A stretch of 64,000 nucleotides of DNA, taken from contig QPGO01000048.1 of assembly GCA_008632985.1 (NCBI GenBank), positions 434,001 to 498,000 of the forward strand, in the 5' to 3' direction. The notes under the pieces are model-generated. The model was given only the letters and a program-made list of their open reading frames with translations, did no database searches and was not told the origin of the DNA. The stretch is from Psammoneis japonica (lineage: Eukaryota). The translations under genes were made by a program, and so were the position numbers. Numbering within the stretch: the first letter of the stretch is position 1; the number at the start of each line of letters is the position of its first letter. Below are positions 10,865 to 23,348 of the stretch, in pieces.

Positions 10865-13800
10865 TTGCACAAATCTGTGCTTTTGGTGGTGAAAGTTCGA
10901 TCGCAAGTTGGGGACCGCGCAAAAATCGTGCAAATGTTGTTTTTGTGCACGATTTGGTTCACGTGCAGCTGGAACACGTCCATTGCAAAGCCTGGTGGAA
11001 AGCGACCAACATTTGACAGGAGCACACCGACGAAGAATGAAGAAGCGCTGCATGTTGTCATTGAAAGTGGTCAAGCCCATGTGGTGAAGATCGCAGCAGA
11101 ACGTCTGTGGAGAGTCGGTGCAAAGAAAAAGATCCCAGGACTTAATCTTCAATTCATTCCCTGTTGCTCCAACTCTGCCATCAAGTGCGCTCTGGACAGC
11201 GTCAAGAAAAATGTCGACAAACTCAAAAAAAGACAACACTTCTTTTGCACGTCTGTCATGGGACAAATTGACAACACCTTCATCGACAATCCGGGTTGCC
11301 GCGTTGACACTCCAGGAGGCAGTGTGACTCTGCGACAACACCCAATGCAGAAAAGAATCCCTGACCCAACCAATCCTGGCAAATTGATCTCGCTCGTGCA
11401 TCACATCAATGTCAAATGGAACAGGAAGTCGGACCATGTCATTGCCTTTCCAAGGAAATCAGTTGACCTTGTGACACAGATTCTGAACAACATGATTCCA
11501 GAATGTCTGCACGTGTGCGGTCCAGCAGCGGAAGCATGGTTCCAAGCGCCAGGCATCACAGTGTACAAGAATGCAGTCTGTGACCCCCGGAAACTGGACT
11601 GATGACCACTGCGGAGAACGGCGCACTTTCAGGCATTGTCAACGAAGATGCCTGGGGCATCGAAGGTCTGTGGGAAGCGGAGCAAGTGGATGAAGCCTCC
11701 ACGGAGCTCAGAGACTCCTCTGAGAATCAGACATCGGACCTGCCGGAAAACAGTCAACAGGATCAGGCCCCGCCGACGGCAGCCAAACAGGCAGCAGCTA
11801 AACTTGCACAGGCTGATGACGTGTCTTCAGTGGGACATCTTTGGAACAAGGACAATGACACACAATGTGCCAAGGCTCAACTTTCCACAACCTTCAACAA
11901 AGACAATCTTGAAGAATTCAAAGAATGTGTGCCAGACGATGACTTGATCAAAGCTGCCTCTTCAACATGGGCAAAACTCGTGCAACTCCAACAAGAAAAC
12001 AAAGCACTTGTTGAAGAAATGCAATGACTTTGAGCAAATCAGGCTCAAGCACCCGGTCCGGCCCCGGCGGAGAGTGCAGCAGACTCTTCCGTGGATGACC
12101 TTCCCAGCTCCCAGGCCGAGGGAGTGGGACAGAACACCTGGGCCACACCGTCCTCAGCAGAACAGTTGACGCCCGCAAGAGGAGGACATTAATTTGGAAA
12201 GCACAAGTCGACAAGCCGATGGGGCATGGGGTGACTCGGCCACCATTGAGAGTCTCAGTGTCACACGTTTTGCATTTCACAATGTCAGCGGTCTTCCCGT
12301 TACGATCTCTGCTGCAGACAAACACAAAGGAACAATTGACTGGATCAAGGATGACAATGTGGATGCAATGGGGATTTCCGAAGTCAATCTAAACTTTTCA
12401 AGAGCAGCGAAACATGAACAATGGAAAGACAGGTGGTGCAATCTTTGGGGGAACAGCTCCACAGTTGCGACAAACAAACACTGCTCTGCGGAAACGAAGT
12501 GCATGTGTGGCGGCGCAGGTCAGGTTCTGACAAGATCAGCAAATCATCGTCTGGTGGACAAGGGTGTGGACCCGACCGGCCTTGGAAGATGGACCTGGGC
12601 TGGAACAAGAGGGAAGTCAGGAATGCATGCAAGAATCATCAATGTCTGCAGACCGGTCAAGGACCATCAAGCCCATCCGGGCAGGGCATGCTCACAACAA
12701 GAAACCTGCTTGCTGCAAAATGATGATGTCAGATGCCCGAGGCAAGCAATGCTTGACAATCTTGGAGGACAAATTAGAGCCTGGCAGGAAAAAGGAGATC
12801 TCATCATTGTGGGAGGAGACTTCAATGAAAATGTGAGAGGCCTGCGATTTGTCAGCTGGTGCAGGAACCTCCATCTGGTGGACGCCATGCAAGAAGCACA
12901 TCCTGACACTGCACCGGTGGCTGCGTGTGACAAGAGTCAATCCAACATTCCCATTGACGCCACTCTGATCTCTCCGGCGCTTGAAGTGACCAAAGCAGGC
13001 ATGACAGGGTTCGGAGAAACGGACTGTCTGTCAGATCATAGAGTGTTGTGGTGGATCGACATTAACAAGCAAAGCACTCTTGGTTGCATGCCACCAAAAC
13101 TGGCGGACACGAAACCTGGTGCACTGGCCAGAAAGCTGCAAGATCCCAAGGTTGTCAGACGCTGTGTCAAACCAGTGGTGAAAGAGATCCAACGGCTGGG
13201 ACTGCTGCGACGAGCAATTAAACTGGAAAATGCTGCATCCTTTGGACTTGAAGAGCAGAGAAGAATGCAAAGAGATGTTTGCCCTCAACCATCAAATTTG
13301 TCTGGATGCCAAAGAAAAATGCAGGAAAATGCACATGAATGAAGTGGAGTCATCCAACACGATTGACAAGGCGAGAAAAGAGACACATCTGTGGTGTTTG
13401 GCATTTGAGCTTCACCACAATCAAAGAGTTGGCGTTGAGACGATCTGCCAACAGATGAAATGCACCTTGATGCACTGACCTTCCGGCCTCACCAAATGCA
13501 GGAACAACACAAGTTGGCCATGAAGCGCTGCCACAAACTCAAATGACAGGCTTCAAAATTACGACAAGATGAGCTCAAGAAGCGTTGTGCTAAGAGGGCA
13601 GAGGAGAATGGAACAACTCAAGTGCAAGAAGAGAAAATGACACAACATGGCTGCCGACAAAAAAGGATGTTTCGACGGATTGAGAGCATCACTGGCAGAC
13701 CAAAAGCAGCCCTGCAGGCCGTCGTTGCCAAAGGAAAGAATGGGAGAGATAGAGAACACCACACAAAATCAGGGATGGAAAGCGTCTGCAATGAAGAAGG

Positions 13801-16800
13801 GCAAGGCAGACACAGCCAAACATCTGCAGGCCCACACGCTGTCCCCTTCATGATGGAGCCATCAGTCAGTGACTTTGGACATGATGCAAACACGTCAAAG
13901 GCAAATCAAGTGCTCAGTGGCACCTGCAATGTCCCTCCTGATGTTGAGGAACATGCTGCAAAGTTTGTCAAACAGCTGAAGAAACCTGAACCTCCGCTTC
14001 CGGACCTGAAGCTAGAATGCATGACAGAGGAACACATCTCCGGTTGGAAGAAGATGAAACCACACACAACTGGCAGCCTGTTTGGTCCGTCTTTTGCTGA
14101 CTGCAAGGCCGGCAGCACTCATCCAGCAACAGCAGAATTCGACGCATGCATGTCAGCCATCCCGATGAAACAAGGACATGCACCAAAGTGCTGGACCAAG
14201 GTGATTGACGTGATGACACCAAAAAAGACGGCGTCGTCCCACGTCAAGAAACTTCGAACAATTGTCCTCTTCGATGCTGTGCGCAACAAGATGAACAAGT
14301 GCTGCGCCCGTGCCCTCGTGAGTCAAGCGGAGACATGCAAACAAATCCCATGGGAGGCATGCGGCAGCAGGAAACGACACTGAGCAATTCTCTGCACCCT
14401 TGACAAGGTCTTGACAGGAGACATGTTCCGGCAAAGCCACAAACCAGGGGCTGTCAATGGCACAGATGCGAAATCATGCTGCAACCGGATGCTTCACTCT
14501 GTTGCTGCACTGTGCATGCAAAGATTTGGCACTGGGGAAGATGAGGTGTTCATGATGACAGGAACATCAACTCAGATGCAACACTGCATCCGGACAGCAT
14601 GTGGGGACTCTGAAGAACCACATGGAGCATTGGAGATTCCACTTCAAGGCATCTTCCAAGGGCACGGCACGGCTCCTGCTGTCTGGCTGGTTGTGAGCAT
14701 TCCTGTCATCAACATGTTGAAGGAAGAAGGATTCGGCATTGAGGCAATGACACCAATTTCCAAACAAGCACGTCATTGCGTGTGCTGCACCCATGTGGAT
14801 GACACTGACCCACCATGCTGTCCCGCAAGTGAAGACGCCACTTGTGAGGATGTGATCTCAAGCATGCAGAAGATGTCAGACTGTTGGGAAGGTGGAGTCA
14901 GGGCAACGGGAGGCGCTCTTGTTCCTGAGAAGAGTCGCTGGTCCCTGGCTTCATTCAAGTGGATCAATGACACATGGAAGCACCAATCCATTGCCAAAAC
15001 TCCTGGCGAAATCACACTTGTGGATCACGAGGGAAAGCACACAACTGTGGACCATCTGGAAGCATCTGAGGCTGGAGAAAGCCTGGGCCTGTGGATTGCC
15101 CTTGATGGCAACTCCAATGCTCAAATGGAAGCTGTGAAAACCAAGGCAGTGAAATGGGCCGACCAAGTTAGATCAGGACATGTCAACAGGATGGAGGCCT
15201 GGTTTTCTCTTGCAGGAGGGATCATGATGAGTCTGGAACACCCACTGGTGGCAATGTCTTCATCAAAAAAAGAGTGTGTTGAAAGTGAGAAGCCACTGCA
15301 TGAGATTGCTTGTGCGCCCCGACACGATGCAATGGACTGGGACTCTCTGAGCTCTTTGTCAGGCAGGGCATCGCTGGAGTGGCAGTCTTCTTGCAACAGA
15401 TTGATTCACTTTCTGTGACAGGGCGGGAAACAAAGCATGTTTGCGAAACAATGGCACTGGAGCTTGGCCACGGGAGCAAGATGTTCTCCTTGGACTGCAA
15501 CACTCTGGCAACCACAACGACGAAAACATGGACCAAGTCTCTGTGGCAGTTTGTTGCTGTTGCCAAATTGATTTGCACTCACCCAAACCTGCAATCAATC
15601 TCACGCGGGAACAGGACACCTTCTTGATGGAGATGTTTGCGGCGTCAGGCCACAAAGGAGCGCATCTTCGGAAAACAAATCTCTGCAGAATGTGGCTGCA
15701 GGCAATCCGCATTTCTGACATTGCTTCTGGAGACGGCTCTAGAATTCTTCCCAAACATTGGCACGGAACCGAAAGATGCAACACAGAATTCCACTGGCCA
15801 AAGGCGGGAGTGCCTTCTCGACCATGCTGGCGACTTTGGCAGGAAGCTTTGACGACATGCTGTCTGGCACCTGGACGCAATGACAAACTTCGACTGTGGC
15901 GGGCACTTGGCAAATGGACCGAAACTCCCAGTGCCAAATGGCGATGCTCGCAACGGGAGGACAGGGTTTTCCACAAGACAGAGGACCAGATTGAACTGTT
16001 CATCAAACTGCTGAACAAATGAAGCAGCCGCAGGAATTGCTTTGTGTTGAATGGACATGTCAAAGATGAGCCAGACGATGCACTGCCAACTGGAGTTCAG
16101 AGAACATTGACGAAGATGATTCCCACAGGAGCTGAACCTGTCTTGCTGCAGGAGCCGGAGAGCTCCATCAACACAGTTGAGTGGCCATGCACTCCACACG
16201 GCTTCCAACCACCGGTTGAGCCATTGCTGCAAGGAATTAAAGATGGCACAGCCATCTGTGTGACTGACGGGTCCTGCAAGGAAGGCCTGGCAATGGCTGG
16301 CATGATTCTGCCACCTCGGCAGGGGCACACACACAGATGCAGGGGTGCAAACCAAACACCAGGAGAAATGCAGGATCTCACTCCATGTGGAGGAGAACTT
16401 GGAGGCACATTCAGTCTGGTGGCACACATTAGAAAGCTCTGCAAACAGCACAACATCACACAAGGAAAGGTGGTGCTCGGCTGCGACTGCGATGTTGGAC
16501 TTCGTGCATGTTTTTACAATGAATGTGACAATCCCACTCTAACCATCTGTGACCTCATTCACCCCATTCAGTCAATGGTTCAAGAACTGCCGACAGTTGT
16601 GGAAGCAGTGGAGGTCGACGGACACAAAGACAAACTCAAGCCTCTTCATGAGTTGTCCTGTGTGGAACAGCTGAGTGTGGAAATGGACTTGCTCGCGAAG
16701 GCCCATTGGGAGGCACTTTGTTCGCATCCTGGTGCTGAGCCACATCAAGCAGCCCAACCTGTCTGGTCGGTTTGACTTTGGGGCAGGACATTGACCTCAT

Positions 16801-17860
16801 GGAGGAAAAATGACGTGCCAGAACATGTGTGTGGCCCGCCAGCAGCAAGTTGTTGGAACAAGAAATTGTCCCTGGAACCAATGAGAGCAAATGTTGATTG
16901 GGATGCAATGGAGCGAGCTGTGAACAGATGCCCTGTGTTTCGAAAACTGTGGCAGCCTTGGTGGAACACTGGCTTTGTTCCAACGAACAACAACCTCTTT
17001 CGGTGGAAGAAACTCGAAAGTCCGGCATGCCCCAGATGTGGTGAGAATGAAGATGGCATTGATCATGTTCTATGATGCAGGGCATGCATGGCTCAAGAGC
17101 TGTGGACAAAGAAGATGTTGAACCTGGACAAGTGGCTTGAGGACCAGCTGACCCACCCCGATCTACGGAGCAGCATTCTTCATTTGCTTCAGGCGTGGCA
17201 TGAAGGACAGCCCTCCCCTGCAATTTCTTCAGAATGCCCTCACACACAGGAGGCTTTTGATGCACAAGAAGAACTGGGAGGTGGCACCCCAGTGCAAGGT
17301 TTTGTAGCAGAAGAATGGGTGGCTGCACAGCAAGCTTGCCGCGCATTTCTTGAACGACGCTGCACAGGCAAACGCTGGGTTTCGGGTCTGATGCAACAAC
17401 TCTGGAACACGGCATGGGACACATGGCACCATAGGATGCAAGCAGCCGAGACAACAACCTCTGAATCAAAACTCACTGTCAACAGCATTCTGGATGACCG
17501 CATCAAAGAACAACGCGGCAGGTTCTTCAGCGAACCTTCCGCAACTTCCCACTGTGCCCGGTGGTTTGCTGGGACAATGGAAGAGGTCCAGGCAGAGGAT
17601 GCAGACTTCAAACAACACTGGCTGGCTGCTGTGGAGGTGGCCATGAAAGCCACGGGGCACATGCCCCACTGTGAATCTCATGAAGAAGATGAACAGCAAC
17701 CAGCGCCCACAACTGAAAGCGCACATTGTGTGTGTTTTGTGAATGACGTTCTGACCCGCCCCACTCCATGGTTGTGGATTGAAAGGGAATGTCAGGCGTG
17801 ACTAAGCCTTAGGCGGTGTAAATTTTACTGTGAGATTGAATTGAAGTGAAGTGAATGAAG
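10865..17860 (+). mobile_element. Near full-length degenerate non-LTR retrotransposon (LINE): ORF1 plus APE-RT-RNaseH-Zn knuckle ORF2
   Basis: APE: FHNVSG, GISEVN, GGDFNE, PIDATLIS, SDHR (about 12270-13045). RT: KLRTIVL, DAKSCCNRM, QGIFQGHG, HVDDTD (14792-14809). RNase H: VTDGSCK, GELGG, GCDC, VDGHKD, EMDLLAK (about 16250-16700). CPRCGENEDGIDHVL*C at about 17030-17080. Many stops and frameshifts. Short (T/G)TGAA-type repeats at 17835-17862 may be the 3' tail. Confidence 0.93.
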
Positions 17861-18310
17861 TGCGGTAATTAGCAGCAAACCAACAACAAATCCAAAATGC
17901 TGGATGGATGCATAGATGCTGTAGATTCGATTACCGTATGTCGCATGTCTGTCTGCCGTCCATCCTGGGCCCAACCCCAGCCAAGGATTTGACCCCAGCA
18001 GACCCCAGCCCATCCCGCCCGCATCCGCACTCCGCACATTTTTTAACTCCAATCGCTCTTCTCAACTCTGGACGGTAGTCTAGCTACCGTAGTACCGTAG
18101 AGAGGAACCTATTGTATGGATATATCTCTTCATCTCATTCATCGGCGTCATCATCATTCATCGCTTCGCCATCATCAAATCCATACCTTCCCGTTCACAT
18201 TTCAAGTAAAGCCAGCAAAGAGGCCAAGTGGCCCGCGAGGCGAGAGAAACGCGCTCAATAATACCCACACGCTCCTACATCCGCGCCATTTGCTTTCTTG
18301 GTGCAGAGAA

Positions 18311-19259
18311 ATGAGAAAATTCCCTGAGAACTGGGCTTGTCTCGCAATGTGGGTTCTGTTTTATTGCCCCAAGAACGCTTCTTCATCTCGATGGACCTCG
18401 TTTGTACCTCTTATGAAACATATGGGAATTTCTTCAAAGAGACTACGCGGCTCAGAACGTCGCACGATTGGGCGCGTCTTTTCCTCAAGTACTCCTCTCT
18501 GCGATACAACTGATTCAGATGAGAGCACCTGGACCAATCATCCAGACCGCCGAGAAGAGAACGAAAAGGCGGAACAACCAAAATCGATTTCGTCAGCATG
18601 TCAACCCACTTTCGCGAAAGTTTCAGCAGCCTACTGTACTTACGTCGGATTGGCCCAACGATGTGTTTGACGACGTTTCTCTTCCACTTCACCTTGACAT
18701 TGGTTGCGGCAAGGGAGGTTTCTTGCTTGACATGGCAACGGCTTCGAGCGACAAAAATTACTTAGGATTGGAGATCCGACCATCTGTTGCCCAACTGGCA
18801 CAGGAACGCGTTACCAAGAGAAAGCAATTGACGGGGCGCTTGTGTTTTGTTGGTTGCAATGCTAATGTTGACCTCGAGAGACTCTTGTCACTCCACAAGG
18901 CAGCGTCAGAAAATGCTGGGCCATTGGATATGGTCTCTATTCAGTTTCCTGACCCACACTTCAAGAGCAGCCACGCAAAGCGTAGGGTGGTCACGCCAGA
19001 ACTTGTCACCTCGTTGGCAACGTTTATGCCCGAGGGCGCCCAAGTATTTCTTCAGAGCGACATCAAGTCGGTTCTAGACGAAATGCGACTACAATTTAGA
19101 ACCAAAGGCGGATACTTCCAAGATGAAATAGTCAATGTGGATGATTACATGGAATCAAACCCGTTGGGCGTCGAAACTGAACGTGAACGAAGCGTCATTG
19201 CAAAGGAGCTCCCAGTGTATCGAACCATGCTACAAAGAACAACCATTCCAGTGGAATGA
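18311..19259 (+). CDS. trmB: tRNA (guanine-N7)-methyltransferase, TrmB type, probably organelle-targeted; apparent 1-nt frameshift near 18530
   Basis: RFRQHVNPL, LDIGCGKGGFL, YLGLEIR, IQFPDPHFK..H.KRRVV, QSD, TERE motifs. The start is inferred from the upstream frame. Confidence 0.88.
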
Positions 19260-19323
19260 GACAATTGACAATTCTAAACTCTTCTAGCATTCGTTGCTCA
19301 AAAATCAACATTCAAATCTCCAT

Positions 19324-20529
19324 CTACAACAATACTTTTGACAGGCCCAAAGCGTGTCCAACCAAAATCGCCTGAGGGACTCTTTTGTGTTTGTTACATG
19401 AGCTTAATAAACAAATACCATGAATCGTGGGCTCGCCATCCAGTTGGACTTGAGAAACTGGATAGAGATCAACAGTTTCGGTCGATCTTCTCACGGCCGA
19501 CACGCGTCGAAGGGACCCGTCCGACGTTCCGAGGATCACTTCTGCAGAGACACCAAGATCGCTAACGCAAGCCAAAGCTGTGACTCGCAAAGGTTCTCCA
19601 GACACACCATCAATAACCAATGTTGCCGCAGGTGCCAAGGAGAATGGGTTGCCTTCTTTACTTAAGGCTCTGCATTGAAGTGTCCCGTCAACTCCAACCG
19701 AGAACAAGAATCCACCTTTGAATCCCACAACTAATCCAGTTACCCTTCCGTTGTGCGCCGCGATAGTCTGTTGTGGATTTTCAACCGTCACATCTCCAGA
19801 CCAGCAGTGAATGCGTCCGTCCACTCCACCTGCGTACGTACAGTCTGATTCTTCGTTTCTACAGAGGCACGACAAGTCACTCGACAAAGTCGAGCCCAGT
19901 TCAGGGCATGAGCTAATGGATCTCTTGGTTGCATGTCTCCACTTAGGAATTTTGTCATCATCGTGAAACCGCTCCCAGGTTTCGACGCAGTTGCAACCAA
20001 TACTGTGAACCAGATTGCGAGTCCTGTCGTAAGTAACGTCTTTTACCCAACCCGTGTGCGGTCCAAGATTCTGAGAGAATTGAGTTCCTTCGTCCGAAAG
20101 ATCCCATACAGAAACGAAACGATTGCCTCCTCCGCACATGAGTTGCGCTGTATCGAACCTATCATCACTCTGGAAGGTCGTCATGGAATAAACGGGCAAT
20201 GAAGTTGCTGAAGGATCGCGTAGTTCTCTGACAAGTTCAAACGATTCTTCGTTGTTATCGGATTTGACATACTCTTGGACGCTTCCTCGTTTTGTTCCAA
20301 CATAGAAAAAGTGGAGATGTCGTCCCTTGGGAGAGAATCGATGCAACGAAGTCACTCCCTCCCGATGGACATGGCATATGCTACCGGCGGTTGAGATGGT
20401 AAGGGCGACCACAGCATCGTGCCCAACTAAAAAAGCTGCGGATGCGACGAGACACTGAAGGCGCCACCTAGATGTTTTCAAATAATGATTGCGTCGAGAT
20501 GAGCAACACGGTGCAGATTCTCCGATCAT
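19324..20529 (-). CDS. WD40-repeat protein with N-terminal signal-like segment
   Basis: About 400-aa ORF with GGGNRFVSVWD, GPHTGWVKDV, GGVDGRIHCW, AAHNGRVTGL..FSVGVDGTL. Confidence 0.8.
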   Translation of the reverse strand: MIGESAPCCSSRRNHYLKTSRWRLQCLVASAAFLVGHDAVVALTISTAGSICHVHREGVTSLHRFSPKGRHLHFFYVGTKRGSVQEYVKSDNNEESFELVRELRDPSATSLPVYSMTTFQSDDRFDTAQLMCGGGNRFVSVWDLSDEGTQFSQNLGPHTGWVKDVTYDRTRNLVHSIGCNCVETWERFHDDDKIPKWRHATKRSISSCPELGSTLSSDLSCLCRNEESDCTYAGGVDGRIHCWSGDVTVENPQQTIAAHNGRVTGLVVGFKGGFLFSVGVDGTLQCRALSKEGNPFSLAPAATLVIDGVSGEPLRVTALACVSDLGVSAEVILGTSDGSLRRVSAVRRSTETVDLYPVSQVQLDGEPTIHGICLLSSCNKHKRVPQAILVGHALGLSKVLL

Positions 20530-21115
20530 CAAAACACTCGATATGGGCGCAGTCTACAATACCGGTATATGGATGGCCGGGACGGTAAAGAATCGATCGT
20601 CGACAACCATTTTGGCTACCGGTGCGGTACGGTATGATGTGGCATCATCTTTTGAAGCAAGCAGCTGTCATTCAGTGGTCCTCACCTGTTATGATGTATC
20701 CGTAGTTGAATATTTTATAATATTATGTCAGTATATCATGTGTAAACGTGTTACAAATTTTTTCGCCTCAATATGATATGTATAAATAGTCGAATAGGTA
20801 TAAATAAATATATAACATACATATTCAAAGAATGTTCATGAACGATGGTCCTGGTACAAATTCACATGAAAGTACATTTCTACACAGATATGTACCGAAG
20901 AAAAATCAACTCCGCCAAAAAATTGTACGAATTTGACAGTACAGAGAATCACGTAAGTTAGACAACTTCTGGAGTGCTGTGCTCTGCAATCACATAATGT
21001 TGTGAAAACCTTCATTTTTTATTTCGTCGACAACCTTGCATCTGCATTAACAAGGGATTTCCGGGCAAAACGATCGAAAAAGCAATAGAGACTGAAAGCT
21101 GTATCTTCTAACAAG

Positions 21116-23348
21116 ATGGAAGAATCTACGCAAAGACGCAGTTCAAGCTCCTCGCGCACGTCGCGATGCTTGGAAGCCTATCAAATCAGTTTCACTTGTT
21201 CGCACATTGGGAGATATGTGGCTGGGTCCAAGAGAAAGATTTCGTGGTAAGCATTAGGTTGGTGCTTGTTGTTTCGGGTTGGCTTTGCATCACTGGAATC
21301 TGGAAACGAGCGACGGCATAGGGTGTCATTGTTGTTGACGGGGTCGGAGACGCACAATTTGCGTACGGTACACAATCGGAGTCTCGCGGGACAGGAAAAA
21401 GTGGCGCGCTTTCGACCGGCGCTTTTTCTTCGTATTTTTTATTTCTTCATTTACGAAGCAACGTATTATTTTGATATCGTATTTTTTGTGAAATTTTGTT
21501 TTATTCGCTCTTGTATGTATGAAATCGACCGTTGTTGTTATAAATGTATACAGCGCATAATATATCAGTCGTCTTTATCACGTTGTTTATGGCGCGTGGA
21601 CATTTCCTCAGATTTCCTTCACTTTTTTGCTCCGTCGTAAACAACAGGCGGTTTGGGTTGATGGACTCAGTATGCTTAGAGTCATCTCGCGATGGACAAC
21701 CCAAGAGTGTTCCCTCAGGTCAAGATCACGAGGTAAAGATATCTGTAAATCGTCGGTAGCTTTCTCATAAAGACATTCATCGAATTATTATCGAGCTCAC
21801 AACTCACAACTAACCTTGTCTACTTTTTCATACGTTTCATAGATGCATCTCATTTGGTCAGTGCAGAGCAAGAAGTCGCGCGTCGTGTGGAACAACACTG
21901 ATATTACAAGCCTCATCAGTTCTGGAAACAAGGCTACAAGTACGCACTCCCATGTGGAATATGCTTGGGAGGGAAGTATGGGTATGAAGTTCAGAATTGT
22001 GGCACACGCTAACCCGTCTCCAGGCCGTCGACAGTACGATCTGTTCATATGCGAGAAAAGCTTCGTGTCTCTGCCTCAACTGTCTCAAGTATTGTCAAGA
22101 GATTACCAGAGTCATCAGATTGTGTCAGCTAACTCGAAAGATTGCCATGAGCAGGAGGAAAAGACTGATGTCCCCGTGAAGTTTTCTCTTCCTAGAGTTG
22201 ATAGCCGTTCTAGGTTGCGACAAAGTAGCCGCGAGCGTCCACTCACTCCTCAGCGACAGAATCGTCTTGCGGCCGCTGGATTTTCATGTGTGGATTCTTT
22301 TGACGAGCTCCAGTCAGATTTGTATTCTTCAAGCCTTGACAGACTTAGAGCTGAGATGGCTTTGTCTGTTCCGCAGACTGAAGACATGGTGTCTAGAGCG
22401 ATCGTAGACGCCTTTGCAGAAGACCACGAAAACATTTATCATTCCGTGTTATCCACGGAAGAATACGAGCTCGACCCTACTAAATTCGAAGCCGAAGTTC
22501 TTTGGGAAACAAAAGTTTGGGTCGAGAACAACGGAGATTTTAATGACTTGTACGCAGAAGAATCGAGGTTGCGATACATGCGCGAACAGGTCAACTGCAT
22601 TGTCTCCCATGTGCGGCATCAAAGACTGTCTGCGGCAGACGCCGCTGTCATACTGCGTAGTATTGCTGCGATCTTAGACTTGAATATTTCGAAACCGCTT
22701 CAAAGGAATACCGTCATCGTTTCTGGCCTTAGTAACGATGTCAACTGCGAGGATATGATAGCGGCTATGCAAGAATTTGGATGCATCCAAAGAGCTGCCT
22801 TAGTGGAAGGTCAAGGCGCTGGTATGTACTGTAGTCGTGGAGAATCAAATGCAAATGTTTGTACCACCACTTTTTGTTCATTCCTCTTCTTTTCACCGTT
22901 GCATTGTACAGGGATTTGTCGTTACGGATCATCGTTGGCTGTAAGTCTTGCGCTAAAGGCAGCAAATCAAAACCAACTGACAATTTTAAATTCAAAGCCT
23001 ACTCTATGTGACTTGAATGAATCGGACAGCGCCGGCATGCTAGACAGTCGCAACGATTCTACAAGTGGCCAAGAAACCAAGCTTGCAAGGCGAACGCGAT
23101 CTGATGAGCGACCCTTGTCACCGCTTCGTCACTTGTTCCAGCCCACGGAGCAGGATGTGTCGGAGTTTGACGCCTTGACTCCTCACAGAAGGTCATTTCC
23201 TTTCTACGAAACTAAACATCTTCACCACCGCTCGTCCGATGAAACGCCAGGAGCTCAGGTTCTATCACCTTCGGAGAGAACAACGAGTACGACGTCATCC
23301 GTGGAGGTAGATGACCTCCATGTCCTTTCCTTGAGAGTCCCTGAATGA
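21116..23348 (+). CDS. Uncharacterised multi-exon protein: N-terminal domain shared with the gene at 26424, plus a C-terminal RRM-like region
   Basis: Exons about 21116-21246, 21648-21732, 21843-22821, 22912-23348 with GT..AG introns. Reads YQISF..SKRKISW|RFGL..QDHE|MHLIWSVQSKK..RQYDLFI; RRM-like NTVIVSGLS..EFGCI. A further upstream exon near 20890 is possible. Confidence 0.7.

Larger units (their letters stand above)
1..17800. other. TpA-depleted hypermutated repeat domain 1 (mosaic of dead TEs and gene relics)
   Basis: TA dinucleotides are rare from position 1 to about 17800 and return abruptly at actaagccttaggcggtgtaaattttac (17801-17828). TG/CA are in strong excess. ORFs are Cys/His-rich and almost Tyr-free. 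CpG is reduced but still common. Confidence 0.93.

Noticed and set aside
1..17800. Dense overlapping Cys/His-rich ORFs in all six frames (also 54.6-59.7 and 62.8-64 kb) as novel metal-binding proteins or an alternative genetic code
   Set aside because: Loss of TpA removes TAA/TAG stops and Tyr codons, which inflates ORF length and Cys/His content. Neighbouring genes use the standard code with TAA/TAG/TGA stops.
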